DNA from: Lama glama
Lineage: Eukaryota
Direction of reading: 5' to 3'
DNA length: 64,000 bases
Assembly (NCBI GenBank): GCA_028534125.1
Contig: CM052832.1
Span: 14,262,001-14,326,000 of the forward strand
The position numbers and the translations under genes were made by a program. A model generated the notes under the pieces. It was given only the letters and a program-made list of their open reading frames with translations. It did no database searches and was not told the DNA's origin. The stretch's first letter is position 1, and every line of letters starts with the position of its first letter. Below are positions 55,665 through 64,000 of the stretch, piece after piece.

Positions 55665-57164
55665 CTGAGAGTTCTGAGTAAGGGATACTCTGCGCCTGAG
55701 TGGACCCAAAAACCTTTCTGAGGAATTGGATTCAAGTTTGAGTTTTGGAGGCTGGATAAGTGTTAGAAGGGGAAAGAAGAAATTCCAAGTGTGGTTAAAT
55801 GCATGAAGAAAGACAAGGCACCCTGAGGTCCAAATCCTTATTCTCTGTCCCCACATTTACACATGTACACATGTGTACACACTGTCCCCCCACGGTGGGG
55901 AAAATATTTTTTTAACAATTAAAAAAATGTTTATATGTTCTTGTTGGGTCCCTAGAGGAGCATGGACTGGATGGTCTCCCCCTTCCCTGTGAGCCTTGGA
56001 GGCAGGTACAAGGGCACTGTGCAATCTCAGCGACTGGTAATCATCCTGTGCATCCTGCTTTGAGCCCTCTTCTGTGTCTCTCCATTCCTTCCCCAGCAGC
56101 CAGTTGGGTGACTTGGAAACTCACCTGGAAGCTCCTCCTCTCAGGCCATCTCAGAGGTACACACCTGTCTCTGAATCAGCTGGTGCTTCACTACGGTCTA
56201 CGTCAGGCTATCTGAGCTCCCAGTTCTTTTCTTTACTGCCAATTCAATGTTCACCAGTACTAGAGTGGCTCCGGATGCTGACTGCAGCAACCTAGGCATC
56301 CTGGAAGAGCCTTTAGACCCTTCAGGAGGTTGGGTTTTCCCCACCATCTTAGCCCCCTCCCTCATTCCCCACTCTTAGTGCTTATTCCTCTTCAACACCT
56401 AACCTTTCAACCCCTTCAACACATTGACACATCTCATTCTTCACACCTGAGTGCAGTCCTTTCTTTTTTCTTGTAGTCGCACTGTTCCCAGCTTCCCAAA
56501 TCTGGCTCAAAATTGTCCTCCCAAAAGCTCTTCCTAGTAAACTCTATTCCTGGTGAGTTCCTGGTCCTAGGGGACTCAGTTTGTCTCAGCTCACTTGCAG
56601 CTATTACTGCATTGCTCTGCTAATGCTTTAAAGCCATTTCATGTGGCATGTCCAGCTTTCCTCACTTAGCTGGTCACTTGCCGAGGAAGGGACCCTTCAA
56701 CTATTTGGATGGAATCTTTTGAAGCAGAACAGGCCTAAAACAGAGCTTGAAGTAGGGTCCCAAATTATCCTGTGTCTCCTTTTGCCAGTTCATTCATTCA
56801 GCGCTCCCCCCATCACATCCACCCACTCAGTTTGTCCATGCAAGTTCCCTTCAGCACCCATGGGTACAGTCTCATCTTAGTTTGTCCTCTCAGGGTACAG
56901 GTGTTCACTAGTTGGCCTGACAAGCCAGTTGATGCTGTTGGGCATGATTGGTTTAGACCTGTGGCTGCATTCTGGGATTCCCTGGGGACCTGATTTTAAA
57001 AATGCTCATGTTTAGGCACTCTCTTAGACCAGCTGCACCAGGATCTCCAGGGTGAGGCTGGGCTGCGATCTGTCTTCCTTTTCTAGCTCAGATAATGTGA
57101 TAGACTATTTGCCCAAGCTGGGAAGAGACCAGGGGCAGTAGCATGACCAAGTGTTTGAGAAAAG

Positions 57165-57360
57165 GGGTTCTGGAGTGCCTCTTGACAGTTCAAATGCCAG
57201 CTGTGTGCTTGTCTGTGGTCCTGGGCCAGCCTCTGAACTTACCTGCTCCCTCCTCTGTAAAAGGGAATGAGGCTTCCTCATGGGACGGCCGTGAGCATCA
57301 AATGAGTTCATACTTAACACAGCAGCACAGGCACATAGTAAATGTTCAATAAAGGTTCGC
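57165..57360 (+). mobile_element. MIR SINE remnant
   Basis: tctggagt...ttcaaatgccagct...ctgtggtcctgggc...tctgtaaaagggaatga...cacaggcacatagtaaatgttcaataaa. Confidence 0.65.
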
Positions 57361-60300
57361 TGTTTTTATTCCTTCTGACTTTCTCCCCGGTATCCTTTCT
57401 GAACCCCTCTCCCCTTACTCTTTATCAAAGCCCCATTTGAGGCCTGGTGTGGGGAGCATGTGATGGTACAGGGAATTTGGGGGAGACATATCCTTGAAGG
57501 TATCTGTGCCACTACCTATTCTCCCCATGCTGGGAACTGCCCCAGAAGGAGGGGGAAATGGGTGAAAGTTCAGTTGGGGACCAAAAAGCTGTCTTGCACA
57601 ATCCTTTGTGAAGACTATCATTTTTTGCCTTTACCCCCACCCCAGGCACTGGGCTGGATCAAAAGCTGAATTGGGGGAGAATGGAATCTGCAAAGATACC
57701 ACAGGTGAGCCAGGACCTCCCTGTCTCTCCCTCTTCTGGCATGAAAGCACAGGTCTGTAACTATAGTAGCTTTTCCCAGCATCATCTGACCTTGCTTCTG
57801 GATTTGCTTCAGTACTGAGCAGAGCACTCCATAAACTCTGCTAATGTTGGGAGGAAGGGTGGGATGGGGTGGGGGATAAAGGGTTAGAGGACAGACTAGA
57901 GAGGGTGGATTATTATACCACAGGCAGTCTAAGATTCCCTTCTGAGGATGAGGAAGTGTACCTCCAAAGGGGAGCAGGAGGACCCCCAAGGAAACACTTC
58001 ATCTACTTTAAAATTTTGCCCAGGTCCAGCTCTGGAATAACAAGTAGCAATGAGCAGGAGTTTTAGGCTGCCAATAAGCAGCTGCCTGTAGGTAGTCTGC
58101 CCTACCTTTATGTTATCACAGTAGTTTCCTTACTGCTCACAGTGGGTGGGGGGCATTGTGGGCAAATCTGCTGGGTCCAAGGAGGAGGTCCAAAACAGCT
58201 TCCTTGGTGTCCTAATGCACCCACAAGGCTGTGGCATCCTTCTTGCCTCAGCCAGGTTAGCCCAGGATGTCTACTGTGTCTACCTCATTCCTCTATTTTG
58301 CTCTCTAGAAATGCCTTCAAACCTCATCTGTCATTGAGGACCCAGTTCAAGTGCCACTGCTGGGAAGCTACCTTTGACCACTGCAGCCTTCTCTAATCTA
58401 CTCTTTCTCTTAACTCTGGAGGCTTTGACTGTCAGGTTCTCTGATCCCCTGACCAATCCCCATGACTATTTTGTGACGCCTCTTATATGCTACCCTGCAT
58501 CGCTATTTAACTTTTGGTTTATGTGTATTATCTTCCTACTGAAGCCATAAGCTCCCTGAGGCCACAGCTTCCAAATCTTTGAAACCTATAGAGCGGCTAT
58601 AAGAGAATTGAGCATATTCATTTAACCATTCAACAAGTAGTTATTGAGCATTTGCAACATGCCAAGCACTGTGCTAGGCACGCATTCAGCAGTGAACAAG
58701 ACAAACTAATGTACTGAAAGCATTTAGTAAATATTTGCTAAACAGATGAGTGGATGGAGGGATAGATGGTTTGGTGGGTGAGTGGATGAGGTCCATATTG
58801 TGGCAGCCTCTCTGTTCTGTGCTACTGCTGAGAAAAAGGTCACTTCTTTACTGTCCTGTAACCTCACAGCTGTTCTGGGTGGAGGGCAGTCCCAAGAAGT
58901 TTAGTCTTAAGGACAGGGAAATAAGAAATTCAGAGGAGGGAAGATACTCACTTGAAGGTGTCTCTTTGGTCATGCTGAAGCCAGAAGGGGCTGGGACCAG
59001 CAAATCTAGGATAGGATTCTTTGTGAATCCTATAGAATCCACAGGATCTCAGGGTTTTCAGATGTTATCTGGGGCTACTCAGGCATCTCTTCAGAGCATC
59101 CTTGTCTGACAGATGTTCTCTAGCCTCAGTGCTAACACCTGGTGACAGGGCACCAGGGGCCACTCAAGTGGAACAGGGCCAGTTTTCCTTTGCTGCTGCT
59201 GGTGGTTCCTGTATCCTTTCCTCCAAGTTGCCTCCCATATCCAAGTAACATCCAAAGTAGAACCAGCTCAAGCTTTGGCCGTGACACCCCAGTCTGCCGC
59301 AGGTGCACATACATGTACCTGTGTGTGTGCGCATCTGCTCTACCTCTAGATCAACTAGAGAAACTGGTGGAGCCTGGCTTCCCAGCTTCAGCTTCTCAGG
59401 CTGTCTTCCCAGTTAGGAACTGTGCTGTGACCTCAGCTGGAGCCTAGACCCATCCTTGGCCTGGAGAGAGTCCAGGAAACCACACAGATGGAGACAGAGT
59501 ACTGTCTTCTTTTTAAAAAAGTACGCTTCCCTCTTATATAAGCTTAGCCTGCTCAAATGAAGAGCCAGGAAGAGCAGTTGGTGCTTGGTGACTGGGGAGG
59601 AGCCAGGATGGACCTGATGGCTTCATCACCCACCAGGGAGCCTGATGAGTTACTCTTTGAAGTCCTACCTTATCCCCAGTCCAGCTCCTTGCTCATTGAA
59701 TGGATCCCTAAATAGGTAAGAGTTTTCTCCCTTTCAGTGTGGACTAAACCAACAACCCTGAGTCAGAGGTCTTTAGAGGATGGGTAGGATACAAGGGAGT
59801 AAAGAACAGAACATGAGAGAGATAGAGGCAGGGAGTCAGGCACGTTCCAGTTTCATGATAATCAATTTTCTCTCTCCAAATTGGTGGAAGAAATAACAAG
59901 ATAAACAATGATGGTGGCAGGTGACATTTAATTCCCTTAAGTATGCAGAGCTCTTTTATGTGGGTTATTTCATTTGGTCCTTAAATGGTCCTATCTCTTA
60001 CCGTATAGATGAGGAACAAGCCCAGGGAGGGTATCTTGGGAAAGAGAAAATGGCCGAGTGCAGAGCCAGGAGCCAGGAGCCAGGTTTTCTGACTCACAGT
60101 CCAGTGTTCTCTCACTGTACATTGTCCTTTATAAACACTTGAGGGAGAAATCCATGCCTTAGTTGTCCTTGTACCTTTCCCACCCCAACTCAGTGCTTAG
60201 TTCAGCACGAAGCAAGCATCCAGTGCCCAACCATGGAATGGCCCGGAACTGACATTTGGATGTTCCTGGTAGGAAGTCAACAGGAGGCATGCAGATGCTC

Positions 60301-62123
60301 TGAGGCTTTGGGCATGGGGGCAGCAGGGAGGAGAGCAGGGCTGGGTGTGGGCAGGGAAGGAGGGTGGCTCCACATGGTGGGAGCAGACAGAGTTGCAGGG
60401 AGGAAGGGGTGGGCAATGCAGCAGTGGGCAGGTGTCTCCTGCCCTTGGATTCACTATGCTGGGCCAAGCAGCTGGTTAGAAACAAAAACAAACACCAGGG
60501 ATACAGGTTCCTGCTGTTAACAGCTTCAAACCGCCAGAGGAAAACTCCAAATAAATATAATTAGAAACTTGTAAAAAGTCCTCTCTGTAAACCTGCTCCC
60601 CAGGGTCTACCTTTTAAGTGCCCCCCTTCTCCCAGCCCCCCCATGCCCACATATCCTGACACTCCACCCTCACCCAGGGAGTCCTTAGATGTTTCCTTAT
60701 TGTGGATCTTCTCTCTTCTCTCCAGCCCAGCAGCTCTTGCCCAGGTCTGTCCCTAGCTTGTTACCATCAGTGACCAGATGCAGACAGCCCCCGGCCTAGG
60801 GCTCTGAAATCCAAACCCCACAGCTGTCTAGGGCTGTGGTCACAGCCACAGGGAAACCATAGGTAAGAGTGAGGGCCACAGCACCCTATTTAAGGGTCAT
60901 CATTTTGTCTGTAGGGCCGAACTGCAAAATCCAATGGCAACTACAAAACAGTGCCTTGGTCTGAAAAGGGGAGATGTCTAGGCTGGAGCAGAATACAGAG
61001 TGCTAGTCCTGGAACTGAGAATGTATGGTGTAGGACCAAGAACTGGGGCCCTGGGGCCTTTCCCAGATAGTATTCAGTTCTCAGAACACAAAAATTTCAG
61101 CTCCATTCCCCAAAGTTGCTGGATACACACACATTCACACACACACTTGTTCTGCAGGGGCTGTTTCCAGGCGGAAATACCCCACTTAAGGGCACAGTAA
61201 GAACTATCAGGTACATGGACTCCAGGAAACTGGGGTAGGGAAGAAAGGAAGAGTAGCCACATGCTGTAGACCTGGGCAGGGAACAGTGAAGCTGGGCCCA
61301 GGGAGAAAAGGGCATGAGATTCAGGCGAGCAGCCTGGGGAGGCCCGGCTGCAGGACTGGGGCTTGCAATAATGTTTTCTACTTTCAGCAGGAAGGATTTC
61401 GAAGAGATGTGCAGAATCTCAGAGCTGAAAGGGACCCTACTTAAACTCTAGCCCATACGTGAGTGAGGAAGAGGATTTCAGTTATTTCCTCAGAGGCTGC
61501 ATTCCTCAGGCTCTGCATTTACCTAAACCCGCTGGTACCATCCTCCCCACCCCATAGCATTTGGGGCTGGCATTATGTAGGTATGAAAAGAAGACAGCAG
61601 CCTGTCTGGTGACAGAAGGGCAAAAGGGGTGAGGGGAGAGTCCACATCCCCTCTTAGCCCAGGCGACTAGCTCCCTACCCCTCAAACATCCCTGGGTTGG
61701 CAGTTGTATCACTTTCCTCCAAGGACCAGCAGTCCCTCTGTTTCCAGACTCCTGTCTAATAACTGAGCCTGAAGAAGCTGTCCCCAGGTCTGGGCCTCTT
61801 GCGGGCACTGCCAGCCTCAGAGTAGCTCTGCAGTTTCCAGCCTTGACAGGGACTCTTTCTTACAAGCGGTCATGTGCTAGGGGTGCGGGACGTCAAAGGA
61901 GGCCCACACCCTAACACGCGGGGACCGGAGCCGGGGGCAGGGACTGGGGTTAGTGCAGGCAGCAAGTTCCTTTACCTCTGTCTTCTCAAGAGGGTCTGAA
62001 TCCATCCGTTCCCTTCCCCCACGTTCAGTTCAAGGCATGGGACCAAGCCATTCCACTTCTTTACTTCTCCAATGAAAACAAAATGCACATTGCCTGCTTC
62101 CTTTTTCCTCTCACCAGAGCACT

Positions 62124-62220
62124 ACACACACACACACACACACACACACCCTGAATCATGCACATGCATGCTCACACTCACACACACACACCCCTGAATC
62201 ATGCACATGCACGCTCACAC
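62124..62220. repeat. (CA)n microsatellite with a ~40-bp tandem duplication
   Basis: A (CA)n run followed by two copies of cacacc(c)ctgaatcatgcacatgcaygctcacac. Confidence 0.85.
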
Positions 62221-64000
62221 GCCCCAGTGAGTGCACACCTCACATTCTCAAACTCACACCCAGGGCTGGCTCCTTTTACAACAGGTCCCAGCTGCTCACA
62301 TCTCAAACCGGTTCTCATGCTCTCAGATTCCTCAAGGTTTCAGGAAACAATCTTATTTAGGGGTTGCTGATAATTTTCTTCTTTCTCTGCCTGTAGTAGT
62401 TCTGGCCTTGGTGTCTTCTAGTCCTCTCTCTCATTCCACCCTGCAGAGACTCAGGAGATGAGGGGTAAGAAGTGGAAAAGTTCTCCCTTGGCTCTGGGCT
62501 CCCCCCCTCCAATCCCTAACATGTCACTGAGAGAAGAGAGGTCAAAGGGATTCCTGAGGAATTTCTAAGCAGTCCACCCCCCTTCTCCACCCTTCTAGAA
62601 AAATGAGGGGTGGGAGTCGGGCTTAAAGGGAACTGATTGAGGATCAGGCTCCAAGAGAGGGGGCTGCCTCTCCCTTTCTCTCCCCAGCGTGGCCTGGATG
62701 GGCACGGGCACAGCCAGCTGCCCACGGGGCCACCCTCACCCGCTGACATGGTTATGGTTTTCATTTCATATTTTGGAGGGAGGGGTTAAGAGGAACAGTC
62801 CCCTCACTGTAAGAGCTGGCCACAGGAGTCCAGGGAAGCAGGGAGGAGAGGAAACAGCCACATTAAAGAGGAAGAGAGGGGTGGGGGAAAGAAAGAGAGA
62901 GACACACATACACCCAGACAGAGACCCGGAGAGACGCACCAAGACAGAGAGACACTGTTTACTGCCAGATGAACGCGCTCAGTCCCAGGGATGGTGTTAC
63001 TGGGAAACTCTAAATACATGACTTTATCAAAATTCTATCCCTAATGAGAGGAGAAAACAACCAGGTAAACTAAACTGCCAGGCTGGCTTTCCCTGCCCGC
63101 CCTGGGGACAAGTTTTCCCCAGGAGGCCAGGAGACCTTTTCATTCAGCTGTAACCTGAGCCCTATGCAAGGATTAGGTCTTTTTAACCACTGTTGCACAC
63201 ACACCCCCCCCCAAAGCAAAGCAAATTAATGCTTTTAAGTTAACAATTATCCTGGTTATCCAGTCTGTCTACTTTAAAATACACAGACAGACACTTGAAA
63301 AACACTCAAAACCATGTATCCTCATGCTCACTCATTCCCTGTCACAAAAGCTTACCCACTCACTCATCCACACACAGTTCTCAAAGACATTAAAACATCT
63401 GTACACATGTTTAACAGCTAAGTCACAATAAACACATACACCCAGCTATGTCACCTTTGGGTGACTGTGTGAACCTCTCTGTCACACACACACACACACT
63501 CACACATTCACCTGCATACTCAGGGCTCCCTGCCTTGTCCATCCCCTCCTCTCCATTTCACACCACTTTGTTTCCCCCCTCCCCCCCCACCACCCTGCGA
63601 ATCTCTGGAGAAAAGGGACAGGGACCCAGATATCCCTTGAGGTACAGTAACTCTGTGCAAGATACTTGCCAAGAGTATCTGTATTTTAAAGACCTGCTAG
63701 AGCTTAATTTAGAAGCATGTGGCATTAAAAACACACCTTCTGGCACTGGTGATATCTTGGAGATATGTTTGGGAGCAAGGGATGTACACAGCACCGTCTA
63801 TGGGTAAGGCTGCCTTGCTCGGTCAGTACTTGTCCTTCCTGCAACATTGGCCTGCAGATTTGGGACCAGAGTCATCCCTCTAACCTAGCAAACCTGTTGT
63901 CAGACAATCTCCAGCAGACCAGGTTGATAAATTTCCTGATTAGTGGGGTTTAAAGGTAGCTGAAATGACAGGCTTGGAATCTATGCTGAGTTAAGACCAA

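Noticed and set aside
55864..55879. 16-bp palindrome tgtacacatgtgtaca
   Set aside because: It is low-complexity alternating purine-pyrimidine sequence with no supporting context.

Overview
Mammalian genomic DNA, most likely from a camelid: it carries tRNA-Ala-derived vic-1-type SINEs and young L1 3' ends. Two protein-coding genes lie in tandem on the minus strand, matching the SCUBE3-ZNF76 order recalled from the human locus. SCUBE3 coding exons 2-22 (53235 to 33515) splice cleanly to 2897 nt; an 85-nt signal-peptide exon 1, presumably beyond the right edge, would give the 993 aa recalled for human. SCUBE3 has a ~3.9-kb 3' UTR ending near 29575. ZNF76 starts at a CpG island at ~24.1-25.1 kb; its coding exons 2-5 (codons 1-144) are here and the zinc-finger exons lie beyond the left edge. 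The rest is introns and intergenic DNA with L1, L2, MIR, DNA-transposon and SINE remnants, plus one 100-N gap. I found no evidence of a wholly new biological system. The most notable details are an in-frame 48-nt SCUBE3 cassette exon followed by a QKI/RBFOX/MBNL motif cluster, a GC-AG final intron, a NAGNAG acceptor, an overlapping uORF in ZNF76, a 135-bp polyadenylated orphan retro-insertion, and a SINE+L1 compound insertion sharing one TSD. Gene identities and repeat family names come from recognition, not database searches.
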